A stretch of DNA of 64,000 bases, from NCBI GenBank assembly GCA_047495785.1, contig JBLDXI010000023.1, positions 496,001-560,000 on the forward strand, in the 5' to 3' direction. This document shows, piece by piece, positions 12,893 through 23,548 of the stretch (within the stretch, counting starts at the first letter, position 1; every line of letters starts with the position of its first letter). The stretch comes from Lepidodermella squamata. Lineage: Eukaryota; Animalia; Gastrotricha. Under the pieces are notes generated by a model. That model was not told where the DNA came from and made no database searches. It saw nothing but the letters and a program-made list of their open reading frames with translations. Both the position numbers and the translations under genes were made by a program.

Positions 12893-13748
12893 TAAACAAG
12901 CGAACCAAGCCAATAATTGCCAACGCATTATTGGCCCGTGGCTGGCCTTAGATCGGATCGAAACATGCTGACAACGCTGGTTGTGTTAGGCCAGCTTGTT
13001 CATTCGATGATTCATCACGGCAATTTTCCGAACTTTCAACCGAGTTGCACAAATCCTCACAGCAATAACAGTGTGGGGCTAAGCCGATGTCCTCGTCCTC
13101 CATCAGAAGTTTAGATCCGCAGTTGAAGCTTTGCGTTGGTTCTCGAATGCAGTCATACAGAATCTTTGAAGAAAGATCTTTACTTTTATTGCCAGCTACA
13201 GTCTGAAAGTCCAAGATCTCAAAATGGCATGAAACAAATGGGAAAATGTTACCAAACATAAGGCACAATCATTTTCGATTTCGATGGGTGATTCGTAGTT
13301 AGTTAGGCCTAATTTCGTCTCTAGATTCGAGTAAATAACACCTGTGTAGCATTGAAGCCCTGTCGCAACGCCAAAAAGTAGGAAAAACACTAAAAAATGA
13401 GGTCTGGTAGAATGCATTAGGCCAAAAATGTGTACTGACTGCTACATATTAGGGCGGTAGGAGAGGAAGAGCTGTTATCGCATTTATTCGCGTTTTTACA
13501 TGCGTGTCAGTACAAATAATCATACGGCTCATTTGTAAGCCCTGGAGCATTTGTAAACAACAAATTGCATAGTTATTTTCTCGGCAGCTCATTCGCTCAG
13601 ATTTATTTACGTGCGCGCTAAGGACGACGCATTTACACGTGATAAATAGATGATGATCAAATCGAACATGTAACGAACAGGAATAAACAAAAGCTTTAGA
13701 TCTTCACGCTCGATTTCTCGACGGTCTTGACCGTCCAGAATTTAGGAC
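12893..13748. repeat. Direct duplication of 3894-4800 (Ly6-like gene plus upstream region)
   Basis: About 700 bp are almost identical (4038-4738 vs 12989-13689). The part encoding the C-terminus has diverged and carries deletions. Confidence 0.95.
12948..13417 (-). CDS. Ly6-like duplicate with frameshifted C-terminus and no GPI signal; exons 13417-13253 and 13202-12948 (possibly a pseudogene)
   Basis: Identical to the 3880-4466 protein up to EQAG. A 7-nt deletion (plus-strand agatctc) then gives LTQPALSACFDPI*. Confidence 0.65.
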
Positions 13749-15297
13749 TTTCATGGCGTAACGCTCAGGACCAGAGACATTTTTTGTTGTACTTATTGAA
13801 TTTCAGTGACAAAATAGACTCTGGTAATGTGAAGCGCGGGAATAATAGTAGGAAAAATAGGGCACACAGAAACAAACTCCAGCTCGGCCGCCATTCTGAT
13901 CCAAATAGCCGGCGTGTGAATACGGGTGGTTTGATGAAACCCAGGTTTTTTAGTTGGCATGCCTCGAGTCCTCGGCAAACAAATGAAACAAAGCCGGTCC
14001 AATGACTACATGAAAAATTGGGATCATTTTGAAAATTACACTCCATGTGCAGTTAATCGAGCGCATCGCCCCGTCGCTTAATTGATTCATCTCGCCGTAG
14101 TCGCTGGAAAGCTGATGAGGCTTCACCATTACTTGTGGACAAGTTCTAGAACTTTACCGCGGTATTCGAGTAAATTGCGAAGACAAAACGAAGGAAAAAT
14201 GGGGACATCGTTGACGTTGAAAAAGTCCTGCAGCTCCAACAAGCGACGCAAAATCCTAGCCAATGCTGCGCTCAACAATTGCTCGAGACTCGCGTTGGAA
14301 TCTATCACTTTTCTAGAGTTATACGATACTGCCGGAACAGTGCTCCAAATGAGGTGCCACCTTGAGGCACCTTGTATCCGTGGTCCTCAACTGCTGCTCG
14401 ATATCGAAGAATTGCGCGGCTTTATTACCTATTTCGCGGCAAAAACCGAAAGAGCAATGGTCTTGGCGAACCGGTCCCGTAATGTAGAACGTAATCTAGC
14501 TATTATTTGACACTGACGAAAGTGCCCATCATACTTGCCACTTGCCAACCGTTGACCGCACAACATTGAGATGTGGCTTGAGAACTACATGCAAAAGCAA
14601 GACTCCTTTTCCGAAAGGATGTAGCCTCGAGGTAAAACTCCTTGAATTATTACAAATTGAATTAAAAAGCAGGTAAAGATGCAGGTAAAACTTGAAATTG
14701 CTTGCACACACCGTATTAGTAATGCCATTAGCAAATCGTGTTTTTCGACGGTGGTTGCTCGCGTTTTTTTTATGCGAAGAGATGTCACGGCGTGTGTTTG
14801 GCGTTCATTTTGTGTGTGCTCGTCGACCTTGCTTCGATATCTTTTCACCGTATCTAATTTTCAATCCAGTTTTATCCGCACTCATTACTATAGTTACTGT
14901 ACATACCTATACAGTATGAATTACACGGAGCCGATGTTGACAATTTTTTCGTATAACAGGCTGATTGCGTGTGCCTGCTACTTTCTGCCTTTGTTGCGTA
15001 GCCTAATTTTCTTAACTGAAACGGGTGTAGATCATTAAAAATATACTGCCTCAGCGTGTGGTTGATGCTACCCCTGCATTTGGCGCGGGGCGGCGGGTCG
15101 CGAGGCCGTATCTTTTTTGTAATTCTCAGCCGATTCCTCTGCCACACGAATTCGACCAGCTGTAGCTTCAAGTTATAACCACGCAACGACTTGAATGTTC
15201 AGGCAATTAAGTATGCCAGTAAATGAGAAGAATGGATATTTAAGAGCTGAAGCGGCGGCTGTTAACTACTTTCCATTACTTCATGATTGAAATAAGC

Positions 15298-17059
15298 ATG
15301 AATTATTTCTTCCTTGCTCTGATAGCTGCTGCATGTGGCGTAGTCACAGCTTGCCCTGCAGCATCGACAACGCCCTGTCCAAGATCTGTTACAGCAACTG
15401 ATTCCCCCGGAACTTGCCCGAATGGCCAGGCCTGTTACACCACATCAAACCCCTGCAATTCTGGCTCGTCCTGTGTGGCATCAGCTAACGTATGCGATGC
15501 AGCAACTAGCAACTGCATTGCCAAAATCGGCGCTTCTTCGTGTACTAGTGGCCAAACTTGCACGCCGTCTGGCAATGTCTGCGACACTACTGCAAAAAAT
15601 TGCATCGCCAAGACGGATTCGCAGTGCCCAGCAGACCAGGCTTGCATGAGCCCAGTAAGTAAATTTCAATCTGATGATTTATTTTTACTCTACGTGTATT
15701 TGTGCAACAGGTAACCTACAAATTGTGTGTGATAACTAGCACACAGGGCGCTCCGTCTGTAGCTAAAACTACTGTTCCATTCTGCACGGCTAATGCTGGC
15801 GCGTGCGATTCGGTTCTCATAACTGGAGCTACTGTAAGATACGTTTAAACTCGGGGTCCTTTCTGATCCGATGCGAGTTGGCAAGGGCAGTGTGCAAAGT
15901 AGGATCCGGGGGCTGAGGTGTTTTGTACTTGTTTTCTAGGACCCAGCCGAAGAAACCAAAGGGTCCCCCCTGTAGTTTTTTCGGCCTTCCTCTGGCTGGA
16001 GTCACGGAGCTGGGGTGTCGTGACACCCCAGCACCCCTTTACTTCGCACCCTGATGGCATGAGAAATTCCGAAGAAGACAGGGGATCATACTACGATTTG
16101 CGCAGTATTTTCTTACAAATTGCCCCAATCATGGACCGATTAGCAACAGCAACAGTCTTCCGCCTTTCCATTAATTTAGTTCCCAGTAGGCGCTCAGGCT
16201 TATCCTCTGATTTTCAACCAATGGACTGACATGATGGTCAGCTATTCTAGCTTTCCACACTAAATTTTGAGGAACATGAGTCATGATAACTCCGCGTTGT
16301 AGCTCAGACCTCAATTTGGTAAAAAAAGTTTCGAAAATTTATGGCAGCCGCCCACAACGCTATGACGGCCCCCTATACCATATTCAGAAAATTATGCAGA
16401 ATTTTATCGTAAATAATCATATTTAAGCTGCCCTGTCTTGGGCGATATGGCTGCTAAATGAATAAATAAATAATTTTATTGTTGCGTGGCGTTTGCACCG
16501 CTTTTTGGGTTTATTCTGATTTGAAGCCTTCTGCTTCGTGGGGGACCCCAAATCCAACTTGGTCACAGTTTTAAAGTTAATATTTTTCAGCCATCTCATG
16601 CCAGTCCAAATACGTTTCCTTCGTTTGCGGCCTGCTGCAATGCAGCGAAAGGAGCTAATTCTGTCATGTACGAAACTGTTCCTGGCTCGCCGCCTGTATT
16701 GGCATGTATAAAAAAAATGGATGGCGACAACCCTTACAAAATAACTGCTGAAACTGCTAGTGGAACGATCGGCGGCAATGCCAGAGGATATTGTTTCCGC
16801 TTCCCTTACACTTCAACGGTATCAACATACGTTGCTGTCACTTCTGGCGTGGTAGCTTTTTACTACAAACACACCTTGTTCATGTTTTTCTTTTTTTTCT
16901 TATCGATTTCAGCCCACCACACCCGACAGTACCTACGACGCTGCAAGTTACCAAGAGTGCTGCGGGCTTCTACAAAAAGATCCAAATATCATCACGTATG
17001 CATCCACAGGCAGTGCTTATGGCGCCACTGGTTTTGATACGTGCTTGTACAGTGAATGA
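15298..17059 (+). CDS. Secreted cysteine-rich protein 2; exons 15298-15654, 15711-15833, 16591-16851, 16913-17059
   Basis: Signal peptide MNYFFLALIAAACGVVTA. Same phase-0 GT-AG introns and all Cys conserved relative to gene 1. Confidence 0.88.
15888..16053. mobile_element. hAT-type MITE in intron 2 of Cys-rich gene 2
   Basis: TIR CAGTGTGCAAAGTA / TACTTCGCACCCTG. Internal caaagggtcccc shared with 7545-7700. TSD not intact. Confidence 0.8.
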
Positions 17060-17302
17060 ATAATTATGAAGAATAATATTACAAGGAAGATAAAGAACTT
17101 GAGCCAACTGGTGATCGGTCTGTCTTTTCACGCACCTTTCTATTGCTGTTGCTTCATTAGAAAATCAGATGCCAGCCACATTTTGACTGGACCATGCGCC
17201 TTCATGTGCCTCCAGTGATTGTGATTAATCAGCTCTAAAATCTTCGCACAAAAAGTATTATTTGGTATCGGTAATGTTCTCGAAGCCAATGTTGTCTGTT
17301 TG

Positions 17303-17842
17303 GTGTGAAATGATTGGTTTACCAAAGCCACCATTCAAAAGTTATTCATGACTTTCGGAGGCATTTTTCGGGATTCTGTTATTGAATATCGCCATAGATA
17401 ATAGTAAAGATCGGACGCTTACCATCCTCCCATAGTGTCGAAATGTTGGGGTGCAAAGGTAAAACCGACCCAATTTTGAATCGATTTTTTGAAAAGCGTC
17501 ATTTTTTTAATTTTTTTGATAATTTTTATCCTCTTGTAGCGCTCTTTCATACGAGACCAGGCTCGTCTGCCCAGGACCTATACAAGGTCACCTAGAAATT
17601 CTCAAAGTTGTTAACAAAATCACGCAAATCGAAATTTTTCGATTTTTTCCGAACGGATTCTTCCATAGCAGGCTACGAAATTTCCCTATTTTTTTCATAC
17701 GCAGCGCGAACACGGTTTGACCGGTATGACGGCTGAAATCACGGCTGGGTTGTTTAGGCATAGAGCATGTAAACAAAAAAATGCATCTGAAAGCCATGAA
17801 TAACTTTTGAACGGTGGCTTTGGTTAACAAATCATTTTCCAC
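17303..17842. repeat. ~65-bp imperfect inverted repeat pair (17303-17368 / 17776-17842)
   Basis: accaaagccaccattcaaaagttattcatg vs catgaataacttttgaacggtggctttggt. Confidence 0.7.
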
Positions 17843-18525
17843 TGTGATAATATGGACTCAGTTGTATCATTTTCACCAAAGAAAGTAATAGTCCGATCAA
17901 GGATGTGGCCGTGAGGTAAAGCCGAAAACACTCATTTTTGAACGCCAAAAAGTGACCTTCGGGAAAACCGCTATGGCGTCGAAACCGTTCATTTCCCAGC
18001 TGAATCCTTTGAACTGGTTGAAATTGAAACCGATCCCCTTCGATTAAAATGAAAATAATACAAATTTCTATGATAATGGGCAGTGGGTATAACACCCTTT
18101 TTACATGTAGACATGCATGCACGAGTTTCAAAAAGATCCGCAATAATGAACTTTTACCAAAATCCGCAAAAGAATTAAAACTTCCAAAAGGAGTTTTATC
18201 TCTGGTAAGTCTATTCTCTATGGAGGAGATTTCGCAAGGTAAAAGTACGATTTTTTATCACCAAAATTAGGGTAATTTTTTTCTGGTGTACAGTCCTTTC
18301 TGATTTGGGATGTGAGGCTGCTCGGGAGAATTTCCGCCCAGCGAAATTCCAGCTTGTCCCCAATGTTGTCTGAATTACGGCCGCTATCATCGCAGGATGT
18401 CTCGATAATTCCAGGCTTGTTATTTTATTTTCTGATATATCATTGCGGAAATAAAGCATGAAACTGGGCATATAATAGAGGATTAATTGAAATTGAAATT
18501 CAAAAAAGACGGATGTGCCAACCTA

Positions 18526-19613
18526 CTAAAAATAAGGTGCGAAAAATATGTCGTAGCCTTTTTGGACGAGAAACTTGCCGAATCCGTTGACCAGTGTCGA
18601 TTGCCTTATCGCCAGGCGTCGATGACCACATTTTCGTCGCCGTGAATGTGTCGAAAATGTGGTTGATATCTTTGTTGTCGGGATTAGGCGACGCGTCGAA
18701 GCTCTAATAGCTAACTTCCTGGCCAAAGGAGCGCCTCGTCTTTTCAAAGTCCAAAAACTTCATTATTTGACGATCTGCCATTGTCATCTGTGAAATTCAT
18801 ATCAACGCCAAGATCGAGTAAGGTCTCTAGAGTATGCTCCCGATTATTTGATGCTGCTGCGGACATAAGAGCGGTATAGCCCCAATATCTGTCCTTCATG
18901 TTGAAATTGTAGCCTTTGCTATAGCTAAATACCGCATAATTTCGACGAGATCTCAGTCGTCAATCTGCGGGCCATCGAAGGGCCACTGAAGGTGAAGGTC
19001 GCAGGAATACTTCGACCTCGAATTTACGTCGTTCCCACCAACTTCAATCGCAAACCTGACAAAGCCCAGATGGGTCAGATGGGTCAGATGGGTCTTTTCA
19101 ATTTGACAAGCTTGAAGCAATATTTTATCACCATTTTTATTCCTCGCCTGTGGGTCAGCTCCACGGTCGATCAAGTACTGTGTAGAGCGATGGAATAACC
19201 AGTTTTAGCTGCAATTAGCAACTAAATCTTGCAGCCCAGAGACATGGAGTTTTTGTAAACTTGTCGCGTCTGTATTCATCAAGGATAGTATTCCTCGCTT
19301 CAACATTCGCTCCATTTTTGCAGCAGGAGTTCAACCATTTCGAAACTTTGATCTGTTCGAACAGCATTTACGATAGCTGGGGCTCGGTATCCTGAAGTGA
19401 CAGTGGATGTTGAATTTACGTTAACAAGGCCGGAATCCAGCATTTGCTGAACCGTCGAAAATTGGCCTGAAATAATTGCCTGTTTGAAAGCCTGGCAAAA
19501 AAATTCAAGTTTTCAAGTTTAGTTCAAAATTGTTTTAGTCCTACACTTTCATAGTTAACCGCCGCACACGCAAGTCATAACCGAATCAACAGCATTCGAA
19601 TATACAAATTCAT
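18526..19613 (-). pseudogene. Inverted, heavily deleted ankyrin-family pseudogene
   Basis: Minus strand has a decayed signal exon (...AAVNYES|gtagga), AFKQAIISGQFSTVQQML, GADPQARNKNGD, LQWPFDGPQIDD and NGFGKFLVQKGYDI, with stops and frameshifts. Triplicated cagatgggt at ~19067-19093. Confidence 0.88.
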
Positions 19614-20177
19614 TCGTAATATTTTAATGTGAAATTTAGGCTGCTAAAATCCTGGAATGCCGCCGACTTAGTGATAGATATTAGCATTAGCTAAAGATTT
19701 CCATCAGCTTGAGTTATGCTTTTCTGCCCTGCCCATTCATAACATGAATTTATAGCGTGTTGGTGTTTTATTACTGATGACGAAAAACATAGTTTTAGGC
19801 TGTAGATCAAGCAGTGGGATTCCCTGGGATGTAAATAGGTGTAGCCAGATCTTTCTTCGAGAACTGCTTATATGAAAATGAGGCTACTCGAGGGACAATT
19901 ATTCAAGGCGGGCTATTATTTCACTGGCTCATCAGGGTTATGAAAAAATGGTTTGTCAAACCTTGGAGGGATAATATTAAAACTTCAATCAACAATTAAT
20001 TTTTTGTCGAACTGGTTGAATGTCTTGATTTTCCAGAATTCAAATATCTATTGATAAGGATGATAAAATTGATATAGAATTTGAATACTCCAGAATATTG
20101 GCTGCATTCCGCTCAGGTAGCACTTCTTCAGTAAAAAATGTGAAAATTTATTAGAAAGTGGTTAAGCATTCTACAAC

Positions 20178-20228
20178 ATGATGACACTACCACTACTTCA
20201 ATGAAAAGTTAGCAGAGAAACATTCCTT
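20178..20228 (+). promoter_or_regulatory. Conserved upstream block of subfamily II ankyrin genes (TGATGACAC...AGCAGAGAAACATTCCT)
   Basis: Related motif at 33224-33236, 38242-38259, 43254-43269 and 58635-58651, 110-220 nt before each ATG. Confidence 0.5.
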
Positions 20229-20402
20229 AACGTCAACAAATTCTGGTCAGCATGCCTGCCAAAAGGCTACTACGCACGAAAATTACTACCTTTTTTTATA
20301 TTTTATTTCTCGAAATTCGCCGTTATTTTATTTCATATGACTTGTAGCATTTCAAATCTTTCTTCACAAACTAATCGATATAGTTTCAATTCGTAGTCTG
20401 AT

Positions 20403-23400
20403 ATGAGATCGATTTATTTGCTGTTTTTCGGGATATGCTTGACGGCGGCGGTCAATAATGACAGCGTAAAAAATCGAACAAATTTTAACTCAGGCATTAA
20501 CTGCTCGTTTAACTAGGCTTTCAACCAAGCTATTATATCGGGCCAAATTTCGACCGTTCGGCAAATGCTGAATTCCGGCTTTGCCAACGCAAATTCAACA
20601 TCGTATTACCGACCAAATTATCTTGCATCAGCTCTCGTGAACGCTGTGAACCAATCAAAGCTACAAAATTGTCGAATTATTACTGAGAAACGGGGCAAAT
20701 GTCGAGGCAATGAACCGAGATGTCGCTAATGAGTACAAATATTCCGAGAGTTCAAAAACTCCATTTCTCTGGGCGGCAAGAGTAGGTAGGCTGGACCTAA
20801 TGAGACTTCTCGTTGAAAAGTACAACGCTTCAACTGATGCTCGAGACAACAAAGATCAAACGGCGCTGATGGTGGCATTTGATGGCCCAGTCACTATAGA
20901 CTATCTTCGACTAGTCTATTACTTGTTACCATTCGAATCGCCTGATTCCAGAAACACAGACGGACAAACTGCCCTTCATAAATTTTGTAGTGTTGTCTCA
21001 ACGGCTGATCCAATGCCTTTCGCAAAACTGCTGGTGGAGGAGTTCAAAATGGATGTTAATGCGCGGGATAACAATGGCAACACCCCTTTGCTTATCGCGG
21101 CTAAAAGTGGTTATTCCATCGCTCTGCTCCAGTACTTGATCGACCATGGAGCTGATCCACAGGCAAGGAACAACGACGGCGATAACATGTTACTTCGAGC
21201 TTGCCAAATAGACCAATCTGAGCAGGGCCACTTGGCATTTATCAAGTTTGCGATTGAAGTAGCCGGGAATGACGCTAATTCGAAGTCGGAATTCGCAGCG
21301 TGCGACACTCACCTTCAATGGCCCTATGATGGCCCGCAGATTGACGATTGGGATCTAGTCGAGATTATACGCTACTTAGCCAGCAAAGGCTATGACTTCA
21401 ACGTGAAGGATGGATATTGGGGATACACCGCTCTAATGTCCACAGCAGCTTCAAATGACCGGGAGCAAACTATGATGGCCTTACTTGATCTTGGAGTTGA
21501 TGTGAATGCGACGAACGACAGGGGCGAGACTGCTTTGGACATCGCGACGTCGTTGAAAAATAGTGTTAACATCGGGAATTTAAAAAGACGACATGCTGCT
21601 TTCGGCATGAGATCAGCGACCATCCGCTCAACTTCGACATCAATTAGTCCATCCACATTTTCGACGATATCCAAGGGAGCAACTTCATACAATTCGAGGC
21701 TTTTGACGCCTAGCGACGAGGAAATAAACGATGGCCTGCAGCCGATTGTTGGAGCTATTTTCAGGGCGAGATCAACTGCAGCGATGAAGTCTTCGACCAC
21801 GCGATCGAACGTGAAATCAGAATTGTGGCCAATGGAATCGGCAAACTATGACTACGCGGTAGGTTGATCTTTCCGTAACTGTATTGACAAGGAACCATTT
21901 TTTTGACAAGGAGCAACAAAGGAGCCGATTAGACGGAAAGGTTGAGATTAACAACAAACAAAATTCAAAGTAAGATACCGGAACTAGGGGGTATCTTCGG
22001 GCCCATATGTACGATCAAAGGGCCCCTCTTGAATGTTCTTTGCTTGAATGTTGAAGCTTGAATGTTCTTCAAGGGGGCAACTACCGTAAAATTAACGAAT
22101 TGACTTAAAATCGAATTTCTTTGTATTTTTAACAGAAATTTGTTGATTATATCAACACCGGGAACGTTGGCGCTGTTCGCGAAATGATTCGATTCAATCA
22201 ATCACGAGGGGACACCATTTTAATGGAACGTCGGACCGAATACGTTGATTGCGAGCCTTTCGTTTACGTCGCTTCTATCCCAGCAGTGGCTGCTGCTTTG
22301 AGTGCCCAGAATACTTCCCTTGAAATGGTCCGAATTCTGCTCGAAAACTATGGCGATGCAAATGCGATTCATCCTGATTCCAAGAAATCCGCTCTAATGC
22401 TCGCAGCGCGACAAGGTCGCCTTGATCTGGTTAAATTACTAGTCCAATACGGAGCAGATGTTGACTTGGAAGTGAACGGAAGAACGGCGATACTGGATGC
22501 TGCATCTAAAAATCTCGAAATTGTGAAATTCCTCATTTCGCAGGGAGCTACTAAGAACTTGAATCAAATCATTTTCGAGGCTTGTCAAATCTCTTCAATA
22601 CCTGCTCTTCCCATGGTCCAATTTGCTATCGAAGAGGTTGAGAATTCTGTTTCTGACACGGATATCCTCGGAAGGACCCCACTTGCAGTCGCTACCATGT
22701 ACTTGAAATTACATGACAACGTTCAGGTCTACGAGTATCTGCTTACGAAAGGGGCTGACGTTAATAATACCAGGATAGATTCAACTTGGTACAGATACCG
22801 AAATTATACATTGCTACACCAAGCTGCACGAGCCGATAACCTACACCTTGCAATATTTCTAATCAAAACTGCCGGTGTCAGTCTTGAAGATCGCGAATCA
22901 ACTGGCAAAACTCCGCTGATGATTGCAGCTATGAACAACTCTCAAAAAGTTGTCAAACTACTTGTTGATTCGGGGGCGGATGTATCGGCGGTTGATAAAG
23001 ATGGCAATAACGCCTTTTTGCTGATATGTAAAAGCACGGAAATGCCCCTAACACGAGCCGAGCGATTCGTGAACCTCGCTGCGGTGGATTTGAATTCGCA
23101 AAACAAGAACAACGACACTTGTCTTACCCTGGTTCAGAATGACATCGACTTTAACGGCTTTGCCAAGTTTCTTGTGTTGAGAAGCTACGACATCAACCGG
23201 AAACTGCGTCGGGGAGACACTGTTTTGCACACAATCGCAGCTCGGGGGAACAGGAATAATGTTGGTGAGTTGATCGAAGCTGGAGCTGATGTTAACGCGC
23301 GGAATGACGATGATCAAACTCCGCTGGATTTGGCGTTGCTTTTCGGGAATTCTCGGGACACTCTTAGACCTGTAGAAGCTGTTACTGCAAGGAGGAGAAA

Positions 23401-23548
23401 TTTAGCAATTAGCTCCACGATATCAACCACTTTGAAAGCTTATGAAGAAGACGACGTTGAATACCGTAGGGACAATCCGGACGAGGAGTATAGTTTTGCC
23501 CGCAACAATTCTCCTCGCCACCCTTCTCGCACGTGCGAGGGCGCTTAA
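20403..23548 (+). pseudogene. Secreted ankyrin gene A2 with a 2-nt frameshift near 20648; exons 20403-20465, 20517-21858, 22136-23548
   Basis: Signal exon MRSIYLLFFGICLTAAVNNDS|gt. gtg[cg]aaccaatcaa lacks 2 nt relative to the paralog motif AVRTNQSY. The rest is open, so this could be an assembly error. Confidence 0.8.
21966..22028. mobile_element. Fragment of the hAT-type MITE family in A2 intron 2
   Basis: caaagtaagatacc..ctagggggtatcttcgggccc..caaagggcccc resembles the reverse complement of 7630-7695. Confidence 0.55.

Noticed and set aside
14082-14510. 142-aa ORF
   Set aside because: Non-ATG start, no domain, and no counterpart in the duplicated unit.
17393-18222. Possible element with CATAGA.AATAG termini
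   Set aside because: Only about 12 bp of inverted match, and the flanks show no TSD.
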